Positions 14,031 through 26,037 of a stretch of 64,000 bases of DNA are shown here, in pieces. The DNA is taken from positions 3,581,490 through 3,645,489 of the forward strand of contig MU053758.1 of the NCBI GenBank assembly GCA_013239625.1, given 5' to 3'. The notes below the pieces were generated by a model. It was not told the origin of the DNA and made no database searches. It saw nothing but the letters and a program-made list of their open reading frames with translations. The translations under genes were made by a program, and so were the position numbers. The first letter of the stretch is position 1. Every line of letters starts with the position of its first letter. This DNA comes from Lama guanicoe. Its lineage: Eukaryota.

Positions 14031-14243
14031 CCAATGGTTCTCAAACAGGGGTGATTTTTGCCTCTCCTCCCCAGGGGAGATGTTTGCCAATGTCTGGAGA
14101 CATTTCGGGCCATCACCCTCAGGGGACCTCTAGTTGGTAGAAGCCAGGGATATTGCTTAATATCCTACAACGCAAAGAACAGTCCCCACAACAAATAATT
14201 ATCCAGCCCAGAATGTCAGTGGTGCCAAAATTGAAAATCCCTG
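14031..14243. mobile_element. MER20-like hAT MITE
   Basis: caatggttctcaaacaggggtgattttt...aatgtctggagacattt...ttgaaaatccctg. Confidence 0.75.
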
Positions 14244-14729
14244 GGCTACCCCCTCTTGTGATTAGGATAGCCTAAGCTGCACCTTGAGGACAAGGGGTAG
14301 CCCTTCAGTCTGTGCAGTAAGTGCAAGGGGTGACTACTTTGAAGAGATTCTGTCCTTGAGGCTTGTAAGAGGGTATGGATGGGGTTTACAAAGAGTGTGT
14401 CTTCTAGGGAATAAGGGAACATAAATCTCTTGTACAATAAATCCAGGTTACATTCCTTATTGTAAATATGACCCCCTACTTGGTTTCATTCCACTGTGGA
14501 CCCCAAAGCCATTGGCTGCCTCCTCAGTCTCCCTATATCCAAGTCCATGTTCCACTATTAAGCTCGCCACACCAAGGCCAGAGGGACATCCCAAAACCAC
14601 TGCCCTGCATATAGTCCCTCAATGCCTTCATGTCAGCCCTGCACCAGGCCCCTCTGTCTAGCACACAAGGCCTGACAAAGGCAGGTCACTGTCTACTTAT
14701 CTGACCTCAGAGCTCACCACTCCTCTAAG

Positions 14730-15123
14730 AACACCTCCGCCCAAGCTTTGCCTAATGAACAGTTTGCTCACAAGCCCCATTCATTTGTACATGTTTCCTC
14801 TGCCTGGAAAGCTCTTCCTTCCTGGTTTCCAACCAGTTAATTCCTACTCGTACTGAAAGACGCAGCTTCAGTATCACATCCCCCAAGAATTCTTCCCTGT
14901 TTCTCCCCATGCCCTGCTGAATTCCAAATGCCCTCTGCCCCAGGACTTAGCACCACATGAGTGGAACGTAGTGGTCGTCTCTCTGCCTGTCTCCCCATCA
15001 GAGAGTAAGCCTCCTAAGTATGGGCCTAAAACTTTCGTCTTCTCATTCCTAGAATCTGACACAGTCATTGGCACCTAACAGCTATCTAATAAAGTTTGTT
15101 GGGTGGATGAATGGATGAATGAA
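14730..15123 (+). mobile_element. L2 3' fragment
   Basis: ctctgcctggaaagctcttcc...aataaagtttgttgggtggatgaatggatgaatgaa. Confidence 0.65.
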
Positions 15124-15214
15124 GCTGCTCTCAAAGTTGGAACAGGTCAGCTGATGAGAATATGGCACGAACAAGAGAGCCGTGAGAACAGTGCATCACT
15201 TCAACTTAGCCATG

Positions 15215-15220
15215 TTTATT
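15215..15220 (-). terminator. Poly(A) signal of KRTAP16-1
   Basis: AATAAA on the minus strand ~375 nt after the stop. Confidence 0.65.
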
Positions 15221-15593
15221 GGACAGGTAAATAGCTTGATCTCATGGAAGAGGTCCCCAAGGAAGAGGGGCACACGTAGCGAGGGAGCACACACATGAAG
15301 ACAGAAAAATCTGATGCCAGGAGAGAGACTTGAGATGATGTAGCGCAGCAGCCTTTTTTAGCCTATGGGCAGCAGCAGACAGGAACCCGGGGGTCCCCCT
15401 CTCGTGCCCAGGAGGACTTCATTTGGACCCTTAGGAGACTGACATTTCTGGTGAGTTCTTTGAAGCATAAGCAGATGGTGAGTGATAGTGCAGAAAGAAA
15501 AAGATTCTAAATCAGATGAGCTTTGGGGAGGGCAGTCACATTTTCTCTGTAGTCAGAGGCGTGCACTGCAGGGATTTGTGGGCAGAGGCCATT

Positions 15594-17447
15594 TCAGCAG
15601 TTAGCAGGCTTGGTGGCAGCAGGCTGGCTGGTTGCGGCCTCACAGGTGGTTGGGTTGGTGGGCTTGGCCTCAGTGGGCTGGGAAGGATTGGCCTCTAAGA
15701 CCTCTGTCTTGCAGGGTGTTGAGTCAGCACAATCCGGTTGGCTGGAAGTAGACTTTTTGCAATCACGTTTGCAGGTGTCAGCACAAGACAGGCGGGTGCA
15801 GATGGGACGGTAAGAGACAGAAGTGATGCAGGCTGGGCGGCGCAAGATGGAGTAACAGGGGCGAAAGCAGCCTGGGCGGTAGGAGATGGACGTCACATAC
15901 GGCTGCCTGTAGGTGGTGGGTCCAGAGAAGAGAGGGCGGCAAATTGGGCGGTAGGAAACTGAAGGAGTGCATGGTTGTTTGCAGGAGCTGGGTATGTAGA
16001 AAGTTCGAGAGCAAATTGGCCGGCAGATGACAGATGCAGAAGACCCTGGGCGGCAGCAGAGAGGTCGGCACGAGGTAGACGGGCAGGAAACGGGCTCATA
16101 GCAGACAGACTGGCAGCGCTTGACGACATAGCCGATGGGTTGACATGGTCGGGGCACACAGACACTAGGTGAGCAGGGGCTGGGCTCAGAGCAGATGGGT
16201 TGGCAGAGGCTAGAGACGCAGTAAGAGGGCTCTTGGCTTGTGCTAGAGACACAAGGTGGTTCACAAGGGCTTGGAACACAGCAGACCGGGCGGACACAGA
16301 CAGACTCACTGACCAGAGACACACGGGTGGTTGGCTGGCATATTGGCTCTGAGCAAGGTGGCTCACAATGTGGCTCACAAGGTGGCTCACAGCAGACAGA
16401 CTGGCGGCCATTGGCCACGGAGCGGACAGATGAACAGCAGCTAGGCGTGGGGCACACTGGCTGACAGCAAGCAGGCTCACAGATCACTGGTTGGCAGGAA
16501 CTAGGCCTGGTGCAGACAGTCGGACAGTAGGTGCGCTCGCAGATGACTGGCTGGCAGCAGCTGGGTCTGCAGAGGATGGTCTGGCAAGCAGTGGGCACAC
16601 AGAGGACTGGTTGGTAGGAAGGGGCCTCGCAGCACACAGGCTGGGCACAGCTGTTTACCTGACAGGTGGGCTCGCAGATGGTGGCCTCACAGCACACAGG
16701 CTGGACACAGCTGCTCACGGGACAGGTGGGCTCGCAGATGGTGGCCTCGCAGCACACAGGCTGGACACAGCTGCTCACGGGACAGGTGGGCTCGCAGATG
16801 GTGGCCTCGCAGCACACAGGCTGGACACAGCTGCTCACGGGACAGGTGGGCTCGCAGATGGTGGCCTCGCAGCACACAGGCTGGGCACAGCTGCTCACGG
16901 GACAGGTGGGCTCGCAGATGGTGGCCTCGCAGCACACAGGCTGGGCACAGCTGCTCACGGGACAGGTGGGCTCGCAGCTGGTGGCCTCGCAGCACACAGG
17001 CTGGGCACAGCTGCTCACGGGACAGGTGGGCTCGCAGATGGTGGCCTCGCAGCACACAGGCTGGGCACAGCTGCTCACGGGACAGGTGGGCTCGCAGATG
17101 GTGGCCTCGCAGCACACAGGCTGGGCACAGCTGCTCACGGGACAGGTGGGCTCGCAGATGGTGGCCTCGCAGCACACAGGCTGGGCACAGCTGCTCACGG
17201 GACAGGTGGGCTCGCAGATGGTGGCCTCGCAGCACACAGGCTGGGCACAGCTGCTCACGGGACAGGAGGGCTCACAGCGCTGCAGGCCACAGCTGGATGA
17301 TCTGCAGCTATCTTGAGTCACCAGTTGCCAAGTCCGGCTCCGGCAGGAACTGGGCAGGCAAACAGGCCCTCCACAGCTCACCTCGGTGGAGCAGAGGGAG
17401 ACAGCTGGCACGGAGGGGCATTTCCTAGAACAGCAGTTTCCAGGCAT
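15594..17447 (-). CDS. KRTAP16-1: Keratin-associated protein 16-1, 617 aa, single exon
   Basis: Open frame MPGNCCSRKCPSVPAVSLCSTEVSCGGPVCLPSSCRSRTWQLVT...QPAATKPANC. Start set at 17447 (accATG) because the ORF-track ATG at 17546 lies upstream of the TATA box. Confidence 0.95.
   Translation of the reverse strand: MPGNCCSRKCPSVPAVSLCSTEVSCGGPVCLPSSCRSRTWQLVTQDSCRSSSCGLQRCEPSCPVSSCAQPVCCEATICEPTCPVSSCAQPVCCEATICEPTCPVSSCAQPVCCEATICEPTCPVSSCAQPVCCEATICEPTCPVSSCAQPVCCEATSCEPTCPVSSCAQPVCCEATICEPTCPVSSCAQPVCCEATICEPTCPVSSCVQPVCCEATICEPTCPVSSCVQPVCCEATICEPTCPVSSCVQPVCCEATICEPTCQVNSCAQPVCCEAPSYQPVLCVPTACQTILCRPSCCQPVICERTYCPTVCTRPSSCQPVICEPACCQPVCPTPSCCSSVRSVANGRQSVCCEPPCEPHCEPPCSEPICQPTTRVSLVSESVCVRPVCCVPSPCEPPCVSSTSQEPSYCVSSLCQPICSEPSPCSPSVCVPRPCQPIGYVVKRCQSVCYEPVSCPSTSCRPLCCRPGSSASVICRPICSRTFYIPSSCKQPCTPSVSYRPICRPLFSGPTTYRQPYVTSISYRPGCFRPCYSILRRPACITSVSYRPICTRLSCADTCKRDCKKSTSSQPDCADSTPCKTEVLEANPSQPTEAKPTNPTTCEAATSQPAATKPANC
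16621..17280 (-). repeat. Coding minisatellite, 11 x 60 bp (CPVSSCAQPVCCEATICEPT)
   Basis: Eleven consecutive 60-nt lines align in register. Ten are near identical and the one at 16621 is degenerate. Confidence 0.97.
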
Positions 17448-17522
17448 GGTGGAGGTGCCTCTGCTCCCTGGTGAGTGCTGAGAGTTTGCTGCCTGATGGA
17501 GACAGCTCTCCGAGGCCCTCAC

Positions 17523-17529
17523 TTTTATA
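17523..17529 (-). promoter_or_regulatory. TATA box of KRTAP16-1
   Basis: TATAAAA 76 nt upstream of ATG 17447. Confidence 0.8.
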
Positions 17530-18482
17530 CCCGCTCCCTGGCACATGCTGTTTTGAGCCCCTGCATCTTTTCCTCATTGCTGTTTGGGCCAGTCTTCACA
17601 GAAACATCTTATTAGCCAAGCTTTGCTGATCTGGAAGTTGTTGATATCCCCATAAAGAAGCTGTTTGTTTACTGATTTGCTAAATTTGGAATCTTCGAAG
17701 CTTCAGGTCATCTTGGAATAAGCATCATCACCTCCAAGCTGAACAATCTGTGTTACTGAGCATCGTGAATAAGGGAAGAAAGGAACTTATAATTTCACCA
17801 TCTTCTAGTCCTCTGCACCAGGCCCTCAGCTGGACACAGGGGATGCCCACATGAATAAGTCCTACTCACCCATCCTCACAGATCTCATTCTCTAGTGGGC
17901 AAGCATGCAAGCCAACTCGTTGCAATGCAGTGACAAACTCAACAATAGACATCAAGGGTTAAGCAGAGAGAAACAGTGATGAGCTCTGTGGGAGAGGGGA
18001 TATCTGGGCTGCATTTTAAATTACTGCTCTTTACAACAATGATCTCATTTCAAACCATCAGAAATCCCTGGAGGCAGGGACTCATCTCTTCTACTGCCCC
18101 TCATAGGTGAAGAAAAAGAAAGAAAATTAGAATCAGAAAGCCTGTGACGCTAAAAATCACACACAGCTTGCCACCTAATGTAGGGCTGCTTTTCTTCCTC
18201 TTCATCCCATCCAGACAGACCTTTCTCAAGAGCCATATAGGCACAGCCTACAATACTGTCCTCCATCCTGTTCTGTGAGCAGCCCTGCCCTAGAACACTG
18301 GTTCTGTCTATCCCCAGAGAGCACTTGACCTAGCCTCTCTGCTTCTCCTCCCTCCTTTCTTCCACTCACTCCTACCTCAAGCATTCAGCAGTGCTCCAGA
18401 GTCCTTGCCTTTTGTGATTTTAACAGCTCCTAAAAGAAAGACACCTTTGAGACCCCAAGAGTAAAGAGGAAGGACAAGAGAT

Positions 18483-18755
18483 CTTTTTTTTTATTGATTC
18501 ATAATCATTTTACAGTGTTGTGTCAAATTCCAGTGTTCAGCACAATTTTTCAGTCATTCATGGACATATACACACTCATTGTCACATTTTTTTCTCTGTG
18601 ATTTATCATAACATTTTGTGTATATTTCCCTGTGCTATACAGTGTAATCTTGTTTATCTATTATACAATTTTGAAATCCCAGTCTATCCCTTCCCACCCT
18701 CTACCCCCCCCCCCAGTAACCACAAGTCTGTATTCTCTGTCCATGAGTCTATTTC
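18483..18755 (-). mobile_element. Truncated L1 3' end with 12-bp TSD
   Basis: Reverse complement resembles the L1 tail at 33240-33520; TSD AGGACAAGAGAT at 18471-18482 and 18756-18767. Confidence 0.88.
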
Positions 18756-18989
18756 AGGACAAGAGATGTTTTGCAAAGACATTGTAAGCAAACGCAAAGA
18801 ACAAAAATGCTTTCTTAAAGCATTTTATCAATGCTACTGCTTAGGTGGGGTTAAAAACAAACCCTAGGTTTCTGAACACCAAGGCCTGTCCTTGCTGAAT
18901 GAAAAACCTACCTTGCTTCTGCTATGTTATTTCAATATCAATGCACTAGGCATACTCTCCTTTGGAAGAGCTGGACCATTGTGCCAACC

Positions 18990-19790
18990 AGTCATCATCC
19001 CTCCCTTCATTCATTAACTTATGCAATCATTCATTCAGTTTCTCTTTTATTCATCCATTCAGTTTAGCCATCACTGGGTTCTGCATGAGGGATATAAAAA
19101 GAATGATTTGCAATTCTGGCCACAAGGAGCCCAAGTTTAGAAGAAAGACAGATACATACATAAGTAATTATGGTACAGTATATGTACAAGTGCTACAATA
19201 CATGAATGCATGAGGTGTTACAGGGCACCCGAGAGAAACATCTACATGGTTTTGGGGGAATTAGGGAAGGTTTCTCAAGTAATAGGATGACCAAATTGAA
19301 TCCTCAAGGAAGGAGGGACAGTAAAGGCAGGAAAAGAGTCAGATATGGAAACCAAAGACACAAGAACATGATACATTTGGGGAGCAGCAAAGGGTTCTAT
19401 AGCCAGGATGAGAAGTACAAGGGGGAAGGAATGGTGATTGGACTAGAGGGTTACTAGGCACTCATGGAAGGCCTTGTGGATCATGATCAGAAGTTGTGTT
19501 TTGTACTGAAACCTGGGAGTTTTAAGCAAGAGAATAACTTGACCAGATTTGCCCTTTGGAAAGGTCTCTCTGGCTGTGGAAAAGGGATTGGAGAAGGAGG
19601 ACAAGTCTGGAGGTAAGGAGACCATTGAGGTTCTGGAGAAAACTTCAGGGTGACAACCTAAAATGGTAAGTGCCTTGAAACTAGAGCAACATGAGGCAGA
19701 ACTGACAGGACTTGGTGGTTGAAAGTAGAAAAAATAGGAAGTGACATCCTTTGAGATGTGACTCTCAGGCAGTGAGGAAAGAGGACTTTT
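18990..19790 (-). mobile_element. L2 fragment (antisense)
   Basis: ttcattcatt start; aaaggtctctctggctg motif; boundaries approximate. Confidence 0.6.
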
Positions 19791-20562
19791 GGACAGCTTC
19801 ACAGAGTATAAGGTAGTCTAGGAGCCCCCAAGACCCTGATCCCGATCTTCCCAATTCTCCTTACCATCCACCTCTCTTCCTCAGCTAAGCCAGCAATGAA
19901 ATTTAGAGGGAGATAGCTCTCCTCCCAACATATCCCTTGTAAACTCTCTCAGTGGAGAAATTTACATAGCATCATCTGTTATGCTGGAATATCCTCTCCT
20001 CAAACAATCCTTCCCTGCTAAATGAAATAAGCCACTCTTAACTATCTAGCCCATTCCTACTTTATTCTTCCTTATAGCTCTTTTTCCCCTTGACATTATC
20101 TAAGAACCAGGAGAGCGAGGATTTTGCTTCTTCACTGATATATACCCAGCACCCAGAGCAATGTTTGATACATAGGATGGTCACAATTAATATTTACTGA
20201 AGGAATGAATGAGGGCCTCTGTGGACAGCTAGGAAAGGGCAATTCCCTATCAGTAATTCAAAGAAATTGCTACCCTTGACTCATCCAACTGGGAGACCAT
20301 AAACAAGGAAAGACTCAGCTGCTCTGAATCACAACCACTCGGTGAAGCCCCACTGGCCTCTTGACAACTTTGTCCCCTTGGCACACTCCTGCTCTGGCTG
20401 TGGCTTTGTTAGTCAGTTTTCAGGATGCTAATTCCAGCCAGATCCAAAATGACCTGAATAATAAAGTCTGAAACTGAACCAGAAAAAAGTCAAATCTTGA
20501 ATGCTCTCCAAAAGCGAGACAGTGCTAATCCAGCTGGGTTTTTTAAAGAAACAAAAAAAAAC

Positions 20563-20624
20563 AGAAAGAAAGAAAGGAAGAAAGGAAGAAAAGAAAGAAA
20601 GGAAGAAAGGAAGAAAGGAAGAGA

Positions 20625-20669
<45 letters not shown>

Positions 20670-20688
20670 GAAGGAAGGAAGGAAGGAA
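20563..20688. repeat. (GAAA)n/(GGAA)n purine tract
   Basis: Direct reading. Confidence 0.92.
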
Positions 20689-20699
20689 ACAAGAAGATC

Positions 20700-21455
20700 T
20701 TCCACTATACACTTGCCAAAATGGTTAAAAATAAAAAGACTGACAATATCAAGTGTTAGCAAGGACATGGAGCAGTTGGAACTCTCTGACATTGCTGAGG
20801 GGAACACAAAATGGTATAGCCACTTTGTAAAAACAGTTTGGTAGTTTTTTATGAAGTTGAACATTCACTTACTATTTACCCAGCAATCTAGCTCCTGGGT
20901 ATTCATCCAAAATAAATGAAAACATGTTCACATAAAATCTGTACATCAATGTCCATTGCAGCTTTATTCATAATAACGAAAACAAAACAAAACAAAACAG
21001 AAAAAAACTGGAGACAGCCCAAATGCCCATCAGTAGTTGAATATTTTTCATGTAGTTTGTTCATACAATGTAATACCATTCAATAAAAAGAAATAAACTA
21101 TTGAGAGTGCAGCAACATGGATGAAAAAAAGTGTTATTCCAATTGAAAAAAATCACACTGTATGATTTCATTTATATGAAATTACAGAAATGGCAAAGTT
21201 TACGGTAATATAAAGCAGACTGATGGTTGCCTAAGGTTGGGATGGGTCATGGGGAGCATTACCTGCAAAGGGGCACTGGGAAATTTGGGGGATGATAGAA
21301 AGTTCTGTATCTTGAGTGGTTACTTAATTATATACAGTTGTCAAATCTCATTGAACTGTACACTAAAAATGGGAATACTTCAAGACATATAGATTAAATT
21401 ACATATAGGTTACTTTATTATATATGGATTACAGCCCAATAAAGTTGACTTATGA
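20700..21455 (+). mobile_element. Old L1 3' fragment
   Basis: caagtgttagcaaggacatggagcagttggaactctc...aataaagttga; boundaries approximate. Confidence 0.75.
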
Positions 21456-21798
21456 AAAATGAAAGAGAAAAATTTTAAAGGTAAAAACACCATAATCCCA
21501 GTTTATTTATAAAGATGCTTAGAAGGAGTGTGGAAAGATATGTGCCAGTAATAAACCCTAAATAGTAATAATTCAGATGGCAATTATTTCTTCTTTATAT
21601 TTTTCTATATTTTTTCATATTTTTAGAGATCATTTTTATGCTTATAATCAGAAAAAAAAAGGTTTTGTTTGTTAAATGAAAGAAACATTGTTTTGTGGGA
21701 ATGAGAATAAATATTGTTCTCCCAAGGCAAGAGCAGAATTAGTTTTGTTCCACATGTAACTTAAGATTATGTTCAACCTGGTGGGAGGCAGGTGGGTA

Positions 21799-21889
21799 GG
21801 GGTGGGTAATAGCTCAGTGCTAGAGTGCCTGCTTAACATGCATAAAGTCCTGGGTTCAATCCCCAGTACCTCTGTTAAAAAAAAGAAAA
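21799..21889 (+). mobile_element. tRNA-derived SINE (Vic-1-like)
   Basis: tagctcagtgctagag...gggttcaatcccc; imperfect TSD at(t/c)atgttca(a/g)cc. Confidence 0.82.
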
Positions 21890-22665
21890 TCATGTTCAGC
21901 CAAAGGTTGAATTATCTTTTTAATTTTAACCTTCCAACTGGACTCTCACACACCTGGGTCAGGCCCTACCTCACAGATACACACCACTCTCATACCTGGA
22001 ACTCAAGCAGAAGAAACACTGCTGATCCCAGGACAAGAAAACCTAACCCAAAAAAGGGAGAGGAAGGAACTGGACTTCCCAGAATATCCTGGGTGTTCCC
22101 AAGATTTGCCACAGGATCCCTTCCATTCAGAACCAAGCTTGTTTTATCAAAGGATCCTCCCCCTGACTTTGCCCGAAATTTCTAACCAAACCGGAAGCCT
22201 TCCTGCAGAACTGTGATGCAGAAGAAGTCATGCCCTCGCTTAAGATTCAACTTGGCCAGCGTCAGCATTTACCTGGGAGTTTTTAAAAATTCAAGACTCA
22301 GGGCCCCCACCCTAGAGCTGAAAGATCAGATCTCTAGCAGGGAAGCTGCAGGATTTAAGGGTTTAAATCTGCCCCAGGTGACTCTCCTGCAACATGTAGA
22401 AACTGTAGTCTAGCTACATCTGGGGTCTTGTTAAAAACAGACTGCCAAGCCACACCCCTGTGGATTCTGATTCTGCTTGTCTCAAAGAGAGCTCCAGAAC
22501 CTCTGTTCTAACTAGCTCCCGGCTAATTCTAACGCAGGTGGTCCACAACCACGTTTCCCGAACCCTATTGTGGATGCCAGAGTCAATTTTCCTGGGCCAG
22601 TGCCCAAGGGGAAGAAGCCAAGGAAGAGGCGGGCGAACTAACTTGATTATGCCAGCACGCTTGAA

Positions 22666-22671
22666 TTTATT
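22666..22671 (-). terminator. Poly(A) signal of KRTAP17-1
   Basis: AATAAA on the minus strand ~355 nt after the stop. Confidence 0.65.
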
Positions 22672-23026
22672 AAGTTAACAAAGAGGAATGTTTGCATCTC
22701 AAGAAAGCAGAAAGTCACTTTAAATAAGAAGGTGTCCTTTTAACATCATGGTGGGGAAACAAGCCATGAGGATTCACCCTTTGAGCTTCGGGTACCACTT
22801 TTGGGTGCGGTGGGACCCAGCTGTCACTTCTCACCAGCACCTGGCTCTTGTTCTCAGTGCCTTGAAAGCCCCCGGCCCGCTTTAGAGACTAAACCTTCTT
22901 CTACAAAGGACACAGGAGGCAGGACACTGTCTCGGGCACGCGGTAGGGCCTGGAGGCACGCGGTCTCCTCCCGGGGCAGACGGAGGCTCTCCCTGCACCG
23001 CCTCCGCAGAGAGGGCGGAACGGTCT

Positions 23027-23347
23027 TCATTTCGTCTCGCAGATGGGCGTGGGCTGGCAGCACACGGGCCCGCAGCAGCCCGACGAGCCGCAGCAGCTGG
23101 AGCCGCAGCAGCTCCCGCAACCGCCGCAGCCGCCGCAGCCCCCGCAGTCCCCGCATCCCCCGCAGCCAGATCCGCAGCAGCCGCCGCCGCAGCCGCCGCA
23201 GCCCCCGGAGCCGCAGCCGCCGCCGCCGCAGCAGCAGCCGCAGCAGTTGCCGCAGCAGCCGCAGCAGGAGGGCTGGCAGCAGCACACCTCACAGCAGTCT
23301 TGCTCTTGCGTGCAGCAGGCGAGGCAGTCCCCTGGGCAGCACCCCAT
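23027..23347 (-). CDS. KRTAP17-1: Keratin-associated protein 17-1, 106 aa, Cys/Gly-rich
   Basis: MGCCPGDCLACCTQEQDCCEVCCCQP...GCCGPVCCQPTPICETK; accATGG Kozak context; expected position between KRTAP16-1 and KRT33A. Confidence 0.95.
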   Translation of the reverse strand: MGCCPGDCLACCTQEQDCCEVCCCQPSCCGCCGNCCGCCCGGGGCGSGGCGGCGGGCCGSGCGGCGDCGGCGGCGGCGSCCGSSCCGSSGCCGPVCCQPTPICETK

Positions 23348-23425
23348 GGTCCCCGCTGGTCAGGTCGCAGGTCAGGACCGCGCCCAGAGCTCCCCGAGTC
23401 TGACGGTCGCCTGCCCGACAGCAGC

Positions 23426-23432
23426 TTTTATA
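23426..23432 (-). promoter_or_regulatory. TATA box of KRTAP17-1
   Basis: TATAAAA 79 nt upstream of the ATG. Confidence 0.8.
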
Positions 23433-24214
23433 CCCCCTCACGTGCGGGTGCTGACACCCAGGGACAGGATGTTGTCTTTGTTATTATTTATGCCAGTTTC
23501 CAGAAGAACATCTCATTAGCTGCCTGTTTATTTTCCAGCCCTGAGTACCTCAACTCATTAAAAAAAAAAAAAAAGCCCCACTCGTCCCAACTGCTGTTTG
23601 TCCAGAGGGTAAAAATACACCTTGGAGAAGACCTGTCATCATGGCCAAACGGGGCCAGCTGTCATTAGCCCCAGTTGGAGAGCGGAGGGGAAGCCGGACC
23701 CAGACTCTGGCTCTAGAACGGGTTCTGCCCCTCCACATCGTTGGCAGCAGATCTTTTGTCGTCGAAAACCAGAACTAAAAGCAGGATGCCCTGTGCCTTC
23801 TGTCCCAGGTCTGGTCATGTGGCTCCTCCCAGGTAGAAGTGGCATCCTCATCCCAGCCCATGTAAGCAAGGCAAATATTTGTGTCTGTGTGAGGTATGTG
23901 GAGCGTGCCACACGTTTGTTTGGCCTTGGTCAACGAGCATCAATCCGCAGTAGTAACTACCCTATGAAATGGAGAGAGACTCATCATAAAACTGCAAGAG
24001 GCTAGGAGCCACGTTCCCTCTGAGCCGCACGGGAGCTGAACACTGACACTTCTCTCTAACCGGGCTGGAAACACAGTGGTGAGAGCCTGCAACACTCTTG
24101 AAGAAGGTGGTGGTGGTGGTGCTGGTTGTGGTGGTGGTGGTAGAGGAGGAGGAGGGGAGAGGAAATAAGGAAAGAAGGAAGGAAGGAAGGAAGGTCGTTG
24201 ACTAGCTAAAACAT

Positions 24215-24570
24215 CACATTGCTTGTTGCCAAATCACCCATCAGCAATACAAGAAAGTACCTGCCTCTTCATCCTTTACCTACACAATGTGTTATCCAAA
24301 TTTGTGACCTTGCCAATCTGATAGGCAAAAGATAGGATCTTGGAAAGGTTTTAATTTGCATTTCTATTATTCTGAATCGAATTAGGCAATATTTTACATG
24401 CTTAAATGCTATTTATGTTCCCTCTTTTGTGAGTTATCTTTTCATAACCATTATCCATTTTTCTGTCAGGTCTTTTTCTTGATTAATAGGGATCCTTTGT
24501 GAAACAGAAAACAGAAGTGTTGTCTGTATTTTGAGTGGTAAATATTCTTCCCAGATTGCCATTAGCTTTT
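24215..24570 (-). mobile_element. Ancient L1 fragment (antisense)
   Basis: gccaatctgataggc...gttttaatttgcatttct; boundaries approximate. Confidence 0.55.
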
Positions 24571-25665
24571 GGAGCTGAATTTAAATAATAACAAGAAAAG
24601 TAATATTAGTAGTATTTGCATTATAAATTTCATACCTGCTTACTGTGGAATTTTTGAAAAATACAAAAAAAAAAGACAAAGTAAAAATCATACAGAACCC
24701 CATAACAAAGATATTTACTGGTAATATTTTAGTTTCCTTTTTAGTATTTTTCCCTAAAGATTTGTGTGTAAATATTGATATGAATGTAGCTAGCAATACA
24801 TACAGATATATATATAAGCATATATATGTGTGTATATATATGTATGTGTATATATATGTATCGGGTATGAATTTCTAAATCCTAAATCTAACTTCAAAAT
24901 CTAAATCTATGTTCCAAGGTAGGTTAAAAATATGTAACTATTTCTCTCTAAGACTCCTTAAACCTATTTCAAACTTTCATTCCAACTTTGGGGGAAGAAA
25001 AGTCTGTTCTGTGTTAATCCAGAAATCATTTAGAATTTCTCTTACCCATCCTTCATCTGGAGATGGAATCAGTTTGGGGGGCTTGGGTAGTATCATAGCG
25101 TTAAAGAGGGTGACAACAGGTTCATGGTGGGCATCCACAGAGAGGTACATGGTTCTCTCTTAATTTCAGCCACCATCCTCCCTCTGATGGCACAGCTGAG
25201 ATATTTGAGTTCTCCCTTCTCTCTGTGAATTCTGCATTCATCACCCTATCCAGGAGGCCCAAGATCTTCTGTCTGATCACCCACTTTCCTCCACCCCAAA
25301 AGGCTATTTTGAATTGCATAAGCTAAGAATTGACTGGACTCCTTCTCTCTGCATTTCTACAGTCAGAACCTTGCATCACTGATGCCCAAGTGGAGAGAAA
25401 GAGCAGCGGTGAAAGAAATCACAGTGAGTCTTTCAAGGGCTCCTCCTGACACATATTCTTACAAAGTTAAAATCTTACTATGTGAATTGATTTTTACACT
25501 GAATATCATGCTTAACCTGAGAAGATGCTAGGCATAGTGTCTGTTCTGGCGGCCTCTAGTGTTCATCAGGTGATATTACTTACCATTTGTAAATATCTTC
25601 TGCCATTCCATAGGTTGGCTTTTTCTCTTGTTAATGATTTCCTTCACTGGGCAAAAGCTTCTTAG

Positions 25666-26037
25666 CCATAGCAATCAGATGAGAAAAAGAAATAAAAGGC
25701 TAGATTGGAAGGGAAAAAGTAAAACTGTCACTATTTGCAGATGACATGACACTATATATAGAAAACCTTAAAGATTCCACAGAAAAACTATTAGAACTAA
25801 TAAACGAATTTAGCAAAGTGCAGGATATAAAATTAACATACATAAATCTATTGCATTTCTATATATTAATAATGAACTATTAGAAAGAGAAATCAAGAAA
25901 ACAATCCCATTTACAATCAAATCAAAAAGAATAAAATACCAAGGAATAAATTTAACCAAGGAGGTAAAAGACCTATACTCTGAAAACTATAACACATTTA
26001 TGAAGGAAACTGAAGATAATACAAAAAAATGAAAAGA
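25666..26037 (+). mobile_element. Older L1 ORF2 fragment, left part (interrupted by the full-length L1)
   Basis: ctatttgcagatgacatg (LFADDM); sequence resumes colinearly at 33556. Confidence 0.85.

Noticed and set aside
16621..17280. CRISPR-like regular array
   Set aside because: No unique spacers; it is a coding tandem repeat in a mammalian gene
16491..17316. Long antisense and alternate-frame ORFs (269, 216 and 182 aa)
   Set aside because: By-products of a stop-poor 60-bp repeat within KRTAP16-1
17448..17546. 33-aa N-terminal extension of KRTAP16-1
   Set aside because: That ATG lies upstream of the TATA box (17523-17529)
20428..20864. Lys/Glu/Arg-rich and Phe/Leu/Ser-rich ORFs (also 37613-38039)
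   Set aside because: Translations of microsatellites
22801..23519. Overlapping poly-Ala, Arg/Ser-rich and Pro/Gln-rich ORFs
   Set aside because: Shadow frames of the GC-rich KRTAP17-1 repeat
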